Source: a virus
Taxonomy: Duplodnaviria; Caudoviricetes
IMG/VR virus record: IMGVR_UViG_3300008262_003210
Length of the DNA: 64,000 nucleotides
Direction: 5' to 3' (one strand)
Part shown: positions 9,048-17,047 of the stretch, piece by piece
How the letters are laid out: each line of letters starts with the position of its first letter
Numbering within the stretch: position 1 is the stretch's first letter
Program-made: the position numbers and the translations under genes
Notes under the pieces: generated by a model
What the model was told of the DNA's origin: nothing
The model's input: the letters and a program-made list of their open reading frames with translations, nothing else
The model's database searches: none

Positions 9048-9981
9048 AATTTTAAAGTTATCTGGTTTAGAAGAAAATGCTGGTGCAGTAGCAAGTATAT
9101 TTGGTGCAGGTGAAAGAAATGTTTTAAGATGGGCTGGTGAGACTTGGAGAAGATCTGGCAATACATGGCTAAGTTCTTCAGGTAAAACAAAAACTGCGGC
9201 AAAGATGGATGACCTTCTTCAAAAGCAATACCCTAAGGGAAGTAAAGGCGGCACCAAACTACCACGCGAATACTCAAGGAAAAATATACAAGGTCAAAAT
9301 GCAAATTCCGCTGTAGATTCTATGACCAGACAGTCAATTGCAGCTCGGACAGGCAATGTAGCTGCCAGTTCTCTTGATGATGTAGCAAGGACATTACCAC
9401 AAGCGGCAAAAGGCGTTTTCACTAACCTAGCATCGAAGCTATCTGGATTAGGCGGACGTTTTGCACAATTACTTAAAAATCCAAAATTCTGGTGGTTAAT
9501 GGCGGCACTTGCTGCATTAGGAATCACAATTTACACAGTTGCCAGCGGAAATTCTGATGACAATGTTGATACACAACCAGATAATGGCGGTGGTGGTGGC
9601 GGTGGTGGTAACGGTGGAACTAATAACGGGCCGGCTGTTGTTCCACCTAATGCAGCTCAAGAAGAAGAAAGAAAACGTGAAGAAGAACGTCAGCGTCAAC
9701 TTGGCGAGCTTAACAAGTTACTCAATCAATTATACGGCGGTTGGCCTACAGATGCAGAAACTGCCCAAACAATTCAAGCTGCTGTAGCAGTCGGTGGAAC
9801 TGCTCCTACAGGATTCACACCTGGTGGTAATGGTAGCGGTGTAGCAACACAGCCTGCAAATGGGGGAGCATATCGTAGCCCAATTGATGCAAAAAGTGAT
9901 GCAGAGAGTCAAAGAATGGCAGATCAAGGATTAATGTCGCAAGGAAAAGTTTTAAATCCGGCTGAAAAAAAAACTCAGTAG
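8998..9981 (+). CDS. segment 2 of the split gene (+1 frame), with a predicted transmembrane helix and a poly-Gly linker
   Basis: Frame is open from 8998 (LGITDAAPVAESTDLDRILKLSGLEE), well upstream of the ATG at 9205; hydrophobic FWWLMAALAALGITIYTVAS. Confidence 0.65.
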   Translation, partial: LGITDAAPVAESTDLDRILKLSGLEENAGAVASIFGAGERNVLRWAGETWRRSGNTWLSSSGKTKTAAKMDDLLQKQYPKGSKGGTKLPREYSRKNIQGQNANSAVDSMTRQSIAARTGNVAASSLDDVARTLPQAAKGVFTNLASKLSGLGGRFAQLLKNPKFWWLMAALAALGITIYTVASGNSDDNVDTQPDNGGGGGGGGNGGTNNGPAVVPPNAAQEEERKREEERQRQLGELNKLLNQLYGGWPTDAETAQTIQAAVAVGGTAPTGFTPGGNGSGVATQPANGGAYRSPIDAKSDAESQRMADQGLMSQGKVLNPAEKKTQ

Positions 9982-10226
9982 CATCTGATACTACAACTAG
10001 CAGAAGTTCAAATACACCTGCGGGTTCTGGTAGACCAACAATAGAGTTAACTGCTAAAGAAAAATCAAATATTGATTTGGCATTTGAATATCCTAGTATG
10101 GCTAGAGGACAAGTTAAAAAAGAATATGATAATGCTACACCAGAAAAACGTGCTGCTGTAAAAGCATATTTGGACAGCAAAGGATATGATGCTAAAAAGA
10201 CTTTCGGTATAGACTTTAGCGCATAA
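9972..10226 (+). CDS. segment 3 of the split gene (back in the original frame after an A9 run)
   Basis: 84 open codons NSVASDTT..KKTFGIDFSA* start in the A9 run at 9965-9973 and end just before a terminator-like hairpin. Confidence 0.55.
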   Translation, partial: NSVASDTTTSRSSNTPAGSGRPTIELTAKEKSNIDLAFEYPSMARGQVKKEYDNATPEKRAAVKAYLDSKGYDAKKTFGIDFSA

Positions 10227-10228
10227 TA

Positions 10229-10254
10229 AAATGGCAGATTTGTTTCTGCCATTT
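10229..10254 (+). terminator. intrinsic terminator-like hairpin
   Basis: AAATGGCAGA-TTTGTT-TCTGCCATTT, a 10-bp stem 2 nt after TAA 10226. Confidence 0.6.
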
Positions 10255-10267
10255 CCGCCTCTAAAGG

Positions 10268-10296
10268 TTGCATTTATAAAATAAGTAGTATATAAT
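10268..10296 (+). promoter_or_regulatory. sigma70-type promoter
   Basis: TTGCAT-17 nt-TATAAT, followed by AGGAG and ATG 10321. Confidence 0.7.
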
Positions 10297-10320
10297 AGGC
10301 ATATTATTTAGGAGATTTAC

Positions 10321-10578
10321 ATGGCTGGTCGTTCATACGGTGCGGAAGAAAAGGCTAAATTGGAACGTTTAATTAGCGAAGGTTCCACAGTATTACGTGA
10401 AATCGAAGATTTACAAGAAGGCTTAAAAGAAACAGTCAAGGCAGTAGCAGAAGAATTGCAGGTCAAGCCAAGTGTTATTAATAAAGCAATTAAAATTGCA
10501 CACAAAGGCGATTGGCAGGCTTACAATGAAGATTGGGAAGAAATTGAAGCAATTTTGGATATTACAAAACGTATCTAA
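10321..10578 (+). CDS. T4 DsbA-like double-stranded DNA-binding protein
   Basis: 85-aa helical pattern EIEDLQEGLKETVKAVAEELQVKPSVINKAIKIAHK; lies directly upstream of the polymerase. Confidence 0.65.
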   Translation: MAGRSYGAEEKAKLERLISEGSTVLREIEDLQEGLKETVKAVAEELQVKPSVINKAIKIAHKGDWQAYNEDWEEIEAILDITKRI

Positions 10579-10590
10579 ACCTGCTATAAT
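10562..10590 (+). promoter_or_regulatory. sigma70-type promoter with extended -10 for the DNA polymerase gene
   Basis: TTACAA-17 nt-TATAAT with TGn (TGCTATAAT). Confidence 0.6.
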
Positions 10591-10600
10591 ATAAAGGCAA

Positions 10601-10648
10601 GGCGGGCCATAATCCGCCGTGTTTGGTATTTGCAAGCCGTAAATTGCA
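10601..10648 (+). promoter_or_regulatory. tandem 5-bp-stem/8-nt-loop hairpins, candidate translational operator of the polymerase
   Basis: GGCGG-GCCATAAT-CCGCC and TGCAA-GCCGTAAA-TTGCA immediately before GGAG (10650). Confidence 0.55.
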
Positions 10649-10663
10649 TGGAGAAGAAGATTA

Positions 10664-13330
10664 ATGAGCTATGTAGACGCATGGTTTGACCGCGATAATG
10701 ATATCATTCGTGTTGTCGAACGCAACAAAAAAAGTGAAAGGGAATTTAGAGATATTCCCGTACGTCACACACTTTATGTTAAAGACCCCAAGGGCAAACA
10801 TCAATCAATTTACGGCGATGCTGTAACTCGCATTGTATGTAAAAACACAAAAGAACTACGCAAAGAACAAGCTATCAATTCAGGTAAGCAATTATTTGAA
10901 GCTGATATCAATCCTATCTTTGTAACACTAAGCGAAAACTATCTTAATCAAGATGCTCCAAAACTAAATGTAGCGTTTTTCGATATTGAGGTAGACTTTG
11001 ATCCAGAACGTGGCTATGCAAGTCCCGACGATGCTTTCATGCCAATTACTGCTATTGCTGTTCACCTACAGTGGCTTGATACTATGATATGTTTGGCAAT
11101 TCCTCCAAAGAAAGTTAAAATGGAAGATGCCAAAGAAATGGTTAAAGACTTTCCTAATACATATTTGTTTGATAACGAAGCAGAACTATTAGATATGTTT
11201 TTAGATCTAATTAAAGATGCAGATGTGTTGAGTGGTTGGAATAGCGAAGGATTTGACGTTCCTTATACTGTTAATCGTATCACTAAAGTATTAAGCAAAG
11301 AAGATACACGCCGGTTTTGCTTGTTTGACCAAATGCCGCGTAAACGTGAATATGAAAAATTTGGACGTACATCGACAACATACGATTTTATTGGTCGAGT
11401 TCACGTAGATTATCTTGAACTTTACAGAAAGTATACCTATGAAGAAAGACACTCCTATCGATTGGATGCCATCGCGGAATACGAACTTGGAGAAAGAAAA
11501 ACTCAGTATGAAGGAACTCTGGACCAACTCTACAACAACGATTTTAAAACATTCGTCGAATACAACAGACAAGACTGTGCGCTATTGGACAGACTCGACA
11601 AGAAACTCAAGTTCCTGGATCTAGCCAATACATTGGCACATGAAAATACTGTATTGTTACAAACAACAATGGGTGCTGTTGCTGTAACTGAACAGGCTAT
11701 TATTAACGAAGCACACCGCAGAGGTTTTGTTGTACCTAATCGTCCTAAAATGAGTGAACGAGAAGATACAGCGGCTGCAGGTGCGTATGTTGCTTACCCC
11801 AAAGAAGGCATTCAAGATTGGGTCGGATCATTAGACATTAACAGTCTTTACCCAAGTGCTATTCGTGCGCTTAACATGGGTCCAGAAACTATTATTGGCC
11901 AATTGCGTCAAACAATGACTGAAGATTTCTTACAAAGTCAAATGGCCAAAGGCAAAAGTTTTGCAGCGGCATGGGAAGGTGTGTTTGGATCATTAGAGTA
12001 TACTGCTGTAATGAATCAAGAAATTGGCACAGACATTGCTATTGACTGGGAAGATGGAACTAGTGATGTTGTTAGTGCGGCTGAAGTCTATAGATTAATT
12101 TTTGAAAGCAATCAGCCTTGGATGCTTTCAGCTAACGGCACTATCTTTACTTACGAAAAAGAAGGTATTATTCCAGGACTACTAAAACGTTGGTATGCAG
12201 AACGTAAAGAGATGCAGGCCAAACTAAAGGAGGCTATCAATGCTGGTAACAAAATTGAAGAAGAGTATTGGGACAAGAGACAACTGGTTAAGAAGATTAA
12301 TCTTAACTCGCTCTATGGCGCCATTCTTAATCCTGGCTGTCGCTTTTTTGATAAGCGCATCGGCCAATCTACAACTCTTACAGGAAGACAGATCGCCAAA
12401 CACATGGCTGGAAAAGTCAATGAGATCATTGCGGGAGAATATAATCATGTGGGCAAAGCCATTATATATGGAGACACAGACAGTTGTTACTTCTCTGCAT
12501 ACAAGACCTTAAAGAAAGAAATTGATGCTGGTCATATTCCTTGGACTAAAGAAACTGTTGTACAGTTATATGACCAAATTGGTGAAGAGGTTAACACTAC
12601 ATTTCCTCAGTTTATGTTAGATACATTCCACGTACCTAAGTCGCGTGGTGAAGTTATTAAAGCAGGTCGTGAGATTGTTGGCAGTAAGAGTTTGTTTATT
12701 ACTAAAAAACGTTATGCTGTATTGTATTATGACAAAGAAGGCAAACGTGCTGACATCGAAGGTAAACCCGGTAAGATCAAAGCCATGGGCTTGGACCTTA
12801 AACGCAGCGACACACCAGAATTTATTCAAAACTTTTTAAGTGATATTTTAGAAATGGTGTTGACTGGTTCTACAGAACAAGATGTGTTAGACCATATTAC
12901 ACATTTCCGCACAGCGTTTAAGGCAAGACCTGGTTGGGAGAAAGGTAGTCCTAAACGTGCTAATAATATTACAGATTATCAAGAAAAAGAAAAGAAAGCA
13001 GGTAAGGCCAATATGCCTGGTCATGTAAGAGCAAGCATCAACTGGAATACTTTAAAACGTATGTACAACGACAAGTATTCTATGAATATTACAGACGGAC
13101 AAAAAGTAATTGTTTGTAAACTAAAACAAAATCCACTAGGCTTTACTAGTGTTGCTTACCCAGTTGACGAGTTGCGTTTACCACAATGGTTTAAAGACTT
13201 ACCGTTTGACCATGAAGAAATGGAAACTACTATTATCGATAATAAACTAGGAAACTTAATAGGTGTATTAAATTGGGATATTCGAAGTACAGAAGAAAAG
13301 AATACCTTTAATAGCCTATTTGAATTTTAA
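10664..13330 (+). CDS. polB: family B DNA polymerase (T4 gp43-like)
   Basis: Exo FFDIEVD, WNSEGFDVPY and YNRQD; Pol DINSLYPS, KINLNSLYG and YGDTDS. Confidence 0.97.
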   Translation: MSYVDAWFDRDNDIIRVVERNKKSEREFRDIPVRHTLYVKDPKGKHQSIYGDAVTRIVCKNTKELRKEQAINSGKQLFEADINPIFVTLSENYLNQDAPKLNVAFFDIEVDFDPERGYASPDDAFMPITAIAVHLQWLDTMICLAIPPKKVKMEDAKEMVKDFPNTYLFDNEAELLDMFLDLIKDADVLSGWNSEGFDVPYTVNRITKVLSKEDTRRFCLFDQMPRKREYEKFGRTSTTYDFIGRVHVDYLELYRKYTYEERHSYRLDAIAEYELGERKTQYEGTLDQLYNNDFKTFVEYNRQDCALLDRLDKKLKFLDLANTLAHENTVLLQTTMGAVAVTEQAIINEAHRRGFVVPNRPKMSEREDTAAAGAYVAYPKEGIQDWVGSLDINSLYPSAIRALNMGPETIIGQLRQTMTEDFLQSQMAKGKSFAAAWEGVFGSLEYTAVMNQEIGTDIAIDWEDGTSDVVSAAEVYRLIFESNQPWMLSANGTIFTYEKEGIIPGLLKRWYAERKEMQAKLKEAINAGNKIEEEYWDKRQLVKKINLNSLYGAILNPGCRFFDKRIGQSTTLTGRQIAKHMAGKVNEIIAGEYNHVGKAIIYGDTDSCYFSAYKTLKKEIDAGHIPWTKETVVQLYDQIGEEVNTTFPQFMLDTFHVPKSRGEVIKAGREIVGSKSLFITKKRYAVLYYDKEGKRADIEGKPGKIKAMGLDLKRSDTPEFIQNFLSDILEMVLTGSTEQDVLDHITHFRTAFKARPGWEKGSPKRANNITDYQEKEKKAGKANMPGHVRASINWNTLKRMYNDKYSMNITDGQKVIVCKLKQNPLGFTSVAYPVDELRLPQWFKDLPFDHEEMETTIIDNKLGNLIGVLNWDIRSTEEKNTFNSLFEF

Positions 13331-13331
13331 T

Positions 13332-14105
13332 ATGAAAATCATAATTGCAGGTTACGGATTTGTTGGCAAGGCTGTTGCCAGTGCCTTAGAAAAACATCAT
13401 GAAATTATTATTCATGATCCTAAGTATACAGATTATAAAATAATTGACCATTTGGATGCCGACGGTATTATAATTTGTGTACCTACACCAACTACAGAAT
13501 ACGGAATTTGCGATGCTAGTATCATAGCAGACATTTTAGATAATATACCAATTTATATGCCTGTGTTAGTTAAAAGTACTGTAACTCCTGGAGTCGCAGA
13601 AGGATTTAAAGAAATATATCCCAATCATAGCATTTGTTACAGTCCAGAATTTTTAAGGGCTAATTCAGCCAATACAGATTTTTTAAATCAAAAGTATGCT
13701 GTGATCGGCGGAGAAGATCCAGAATGTTTTTGGCAAGAACTATTTCAAACATCTTTGCCACATTGCAAAATTATTTTTAATTGTACAGAACAAGAAGCGT
13801 GTTTAGTCAAATATGCTACAAATAGTTTCCTGGCGTTAAAAACTAGCTTCTTTAATCAAATATTTGATATTTGCGAAAGAACAGGAATAAGTTATGACGT
13901 AGTTAGACAACTAGTATCACAAGATTCAAGGATTGGTAACAGTCATACACTTGTTCCAGGGCCGGACGGGTTGCGTGGTTGGGGAGGACATTGTTTTCCC
14001 AAAGACACAGAAGCATTTATAAAATGGACCCGTACAGTAGATACATCAAGTAGTTTGGTGGAATCTGCTGTAGAATATAACAAAAATATAAGAAAAAGTC
14101 CTTGA
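13332..14105 (+). CDS. UDP-glucose/GDP-mannose dehydrogenase family protein lacking the C-terminal domain
   Basis: GYGFVG, CVPTP, KSTV, PEFLR, KYATNSFLA and GWGGHCFPKD motifs; ~257 aa. Confidence 0.85.
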   Translation: MKIIIAGYGFVGKAVASALEKHHEIIIHDPKYTDYKIIDHLDADGIIICVPTPTTEYGICDASIIADILDNIPIYMPVLVKSTVTPGVAEGFKEIYPNHSICYSPEFLRANSANTDFLNQKYAVIGGEDPECFWQELFQTSLPHCKIIFNCTEQEACLVKYATNSFLALKTSFFNQIFDICERTGISYDVVRQLVSQDSRIGNSHTLVPGPDGLRGWGGHCFPKDTEAFIKWTRTVDTSSSLVESAVEYNKNIRKSP

Positions 14106-14130
14106 CTTTAGACAAAAACCTAAATATAAT
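14102..14130 (+). promoter_or_regulatory. sigma70 promoter overlapping a late-promoter core
   Basis: TTGACT-17 nt-TATAAT; TAAATA at 14121-14126. Confidence 0.7.
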
Positions 14131-14150
14131 CATTAAACATGGAGAATCAT

Positions 14151-14882
14151 ATGAAAGACATTTTACAAGACCTAGTAGCACATACACACAGCCTGGGATT
14201 TATTCCTCTAGTTAAAATCAGTTCTACTAATCAAGCAACTGAAATTGAAGCTATGGCTGAGGATCGTAGTGTTATTGTTAACGCAAAAACTAAAACGCCG
14301 GTTGACGAATTAGAGGGCGTGTTTGGCATGCCAAACCTAAATAAACTAGACATTCATTTGAAATGTCCAGAATATAAAGAAAACGCAAAGATTAGTGTAA
14401 CTAAGGCACAGCGTAATGGAGAAGAAATTCCAACAGGCTTGCACTTTGAGAATAAAGACGGCGACTTTGAAAACGACTATCGTTTTATGAGCACTGAAAT
14501 TATCAATGAAAAATTGAAAAGTGTTAAGTTTAAAGGTGCCAAGTGGGACATCGAATTTGAACCTAGCGTTGCAAGTATTCAACGTTTAAAGTTCCAAGCA
14601 AATGCACACAGTGAAGAAAGTGTTTTCCAAGTAAAAAGCGAAGACAGTAACTTAGTATTCAGCTTTGGTGATGCAAGTACACACGCAGGAGAATTTGTAT
14701 TCCATGCTGGAGTTACTGGTAAACTTAAACAAACTTGGTCATGGCCTGTTGTACAAGTTATGAGCATTCTTAATTTGTCTGGTAACATTACCATGAAAAT
14801 TGCAGATGTTGGTGCTATGATGATTACTGTAGACAGTGGTGTTGCAACATATGACTATATCTTGCCAGCTCAGAGTAAGTAA
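14151..14882 (+). CDS. DNA polymerase sliding clamp (gp45/PCNA-like)
   Basis: ~243 aa, beta-rich two-domain pattern ending YDYILPAQ; near polB; GGAG SD at 14141. Confidence 0.6.
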   Translation: MKDILQDLVAHTHSLGFIPLVKISSTNQATEIEAMAEDRSVIVNAKTKTPVDELEGVFGMPNLNKLDIHLKCPEYKENAKISVTKAQRNGEEIPTGLHFENKDGDFENDYRFMSTEIINEKLKSVKFKGAKWDIEFEPSVASIQRLKFQANAHSEESVFQVKSEDSNLVFSFGDASTHAGEFVFHAGVTGKLKQTWSWPVVQVMSILNLSGNITMKIADVGAMMITVDSGVATYDYILPAQSK

Positions 14883-14884
14883 TC

Positions 14885-15235
14885 ATGAATAGCGTACAAA
14901 TATTATCTGGGTGTTTGGCATTCTTAGTCTTATGTGGCGCAGTTTATCGCCACATAGGATTTGATAAAATAAAAGAATGTTACGGCATGTGGTTTACAAA
15001 GGAATACTGGACTGACTACAATACTGTAGAGTTTGCTAGTTGGGCGGCAAAAGCCTGTATCATTATTCCTGGCTTAATATTTGGTATTAGTATTTGGTGG
15101 TTGTATTTCTTTACACTAGCAACAAGTCTAACACTTATCTGGGCTAGTGAAAAGAAACTATTACCTACTCTCGTAGGATTTAATACTATATGGGCATGGA
15201 TTAGCTGTATGGTACTGGCACAACATTTAATATGA
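14885..15235 (+). CDS. small multi-pass membrane protein
   Basis: 116 aa with about four hydrophobic segments; ATGA-coupled to the TGT-like gene. Confidence 0.7.
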   Translation: MNSVQILSGCLAFLVLCGAVYRHIGFDKIKECYGMWFTKEYWTDYNTVEFASWAAKACIIIPGLIFGISIWWLYFFTLATSLTLIWASEKKLLPTLVGFNTIWAWISCMVLAQHLI

Positions 15236-16797
15236 ATAAAAATCTAACAGCGGCACAAAACGATTACGCATATTTCTTACCAGCAACATCAGGATTCTAT
15301 GCTACATTCATAGGAAAACAACGTTATGGTAACTATGTTGATCCTGCACGACTTCCTAAAGTATGGAAAAATGGAGTAGAAGGATTAAACTATCTAGAAC
15401 CTGAAAAAGGTTTGTTCTACTACGACCATTGTTTGTATTCAGCAGGCCATGCTAATCTCGATTTGAATAAACAAGACGAAGGTGAAGACATGTTCCGTAA
15501 TAGGGACCGTAGCACCAGTTGGGTACTTGGCGATTCGGGTGGATTCCAAATTGGTAAAGGCGTGTGGGAAGGTGACTGGAAAAATCCCAACTGTCCCAAA
15601 GCACAAAAGAAACGTGAACAAGTTCTCAAGTGGATGGATGCACTTATGGATTATGGAATGTGTTTAGATATTCCTGCCTGGGTCGCTCGCAGTCCTGCTG
15701 GTCAAAAAGCCACAGGTATTACCACATACGCAGAAGCAGTACAAGGAACTTATATTAACAACGATTGGTTTGTAAACAATCGTAATGGTAATTGTAAATT
15801 TTTAAATGTTCTTCAAGGTGAAAACCACGGCGATGCCGATGATTGGTATGACCGAATGAAAAAATATTGCGATCCTAAAGTCTATGGCGACCGTGCTTTT
15901 AACGGTTGGGCCATGGGTGGACAAAATATGTGCGATGTACACTTGGTCTTGAAAAGACTAGTGGCACTGAGATTTGATGGACTGTTAGAAAAAGGCCAGC
16001 AAGACTGGATGCATTTCTTAGGTACATCAAAATTAGAGTGGGCATTATTGCTCACAGACATTCAACGTGCTGTAAGGAAATATCATAATGAAAACTTTAC
16101 CATATCTTTTGACTGCGCCTCACCGTTCCTTGCAACAGCAAACGGTCAAATCTACGTCCAAACAGAAATCGAAGACAGAAAAAAATGGCTCTATAGAATG
16201 TTGCCGTCTATTGATGACAAAAAATATGCAACAGACTCAAGACTCTTCCAAGATGCAGTAATACAAGACAATTTCTTTAAATCATTTACTACAAGTCCAG
16301 TTATGGATGGGGTTGAAATTAAAGATATTTGCATATACAAACCTGGCGACTTAAATAAAATAGGTAAAGAAGGCCGTACATCTTGGGACAGTTTTAGTTA
16401 TGCTATCATGATGGGACACAATGTTTGGCAACATATTAATAGTGTACAAGAAGCCAATCGTCAATACGATGCAGGACTATGTCCAAATATGTTAGTCGAA
16501 GAACGTTTCCAAAGAACCTACTTCAAAGATGTTGTAGAGGCCATTTTTGCAACATCAAATCGAGCAGAAGCAGAAGCTATTATTGACGATTTTGATAAAT
16601 TTTGGCAAGCTATTCCTGGTACTCGTGGTGCAATAGGCAAGAAAACGGTTAATGCAAGTACCAAATATTTCGAATTATTTGACGAAGTGGCCGCTTCTAA
16701 TGTACAATTAGAGGAAGGACACAGTGAAGAATTCACTGAAGATGAAATTGATAAACTAGATGACCTGGAAGTACAATTACATAATGACTCTCCCTGA
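15232..16797 (+). CDS. dpdA: TGT-fold guanine transglycosylase (DpdA-like, 7-deazaguanine insertion)
   Basis: LGDSGGFQI, CLDIP, NVLQG, WAMGG, HFLG, SFDCAS and MGHN motifs; folE/queD/queE nearby. Confidence 0.8.
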   Translation: MNKNLTAAQNDYAYFLPATSGFYATFIGKQRYGNYVDPARLPKVWKNGVEGLNYLEPEKGLFYYDHCLYSAGHANLDLNKQDEGEDMFRNRDRSTSWVLGDSGGFQIGKGVWEGDWKNPNCPKAQKKREQVLKWMDALMDYGMCLDIPAWVARSPAGQKATGITTYAEAVQGTYINNDWFVNNRNGNCKFLNVLQGENHGDADDWYDRMKKYCDPKVYGDRAFNGWAMGGQNMCDVHLVLKRLVALRFDGLLEKGQQDWMHFLGTSKLEWALLLTDIQRAVRKYHNENFTISFDCASPFLATANGQIYVQTEIEDRKKWLYRMLPSIDDKKYATDSRLFQDAVIQDNFFKSFTTSPVMDGVEIKDICIYKPGDLNKIGKEGRTSWDSFSYAIMMGHNVWQHINSVQEANRQYDAGLCPNMLVEERFQRTYFKDVVEAIFATSNRAEAEAIIDDFDKFWQAIPGTRGAIGKKTVNASTKYFELFDEVAASNVQLEEGHSEEFTEDEIDKLDDLEVQLHNDSP

Positions 16798-17047
16798 TGA
16801 AAGATATCGTGCTGTAGTACAAACTCGCAGATTTTTATTTGATTTGTGTAATCCACAGCATACTCCTAGAGTTCCAAAACTCATAAGAGATACTGCTCGC
16901 AGTATGCTTCGTCATTATCCCAGCGATTGGGATATGAACCGTGCTGCCGAAGGTGCTCCTGATGTTTTTCAAGAACGCATGGAAGCAGTAACAAGACTTA
17001 TAAAACAATACGAACAATCTAAGGCCGAAAAGAATGAGCAAACGTAG
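16784..17047 (+). CDS. small conserved-type hypothetical protein (MTLPDERYRAV..LRHYP)
   Basis: ORF overlaps both neighbours. Confidence 0.65.
   Translation: MTLPDERYRAVVQTRRFLFDLCNPQHTPRVPKLIRDTARSMLRHYPSDWDMNRAAEGAPDVFQERMEAVTRLIKQYEQSKAEKNEQT

Noticed and set aside
8990-9981. Amber (TAG) recoding as the explanation for the split gene, since both fragments end in TAG
   Set aside because: Reading through TAG 9045-9047 meets TGA within ~22 codons, and frame +1 upstream of TAG 8995 meets TGA at 8944. All other long genes are intact in the standard code.
9815-10273. 152-aa minus-strand ORF
   Set aside because: It is the antisense shadow of the + strand coding segments 2 and 3; no SD or motif, and it would oppose the local transcription direction.
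10664-13330. Intein or intron in the DNA polymerase
   Set aside because: Exo and Pol motifs are spaced normally in 888 aa; no Cys/Ser..His-Asn splice junctions or LAGLIDADG motifs were seen.
15232-16797. Ordinary tRNA-guanine transglycosylase for queuosine
   Set aside because: It lacks the CxCxxC Zn motif, no queA/queF/queG or tRNA genes are present in the window, and the phage context matches DNA-acting DpdA. Not formally excluded.
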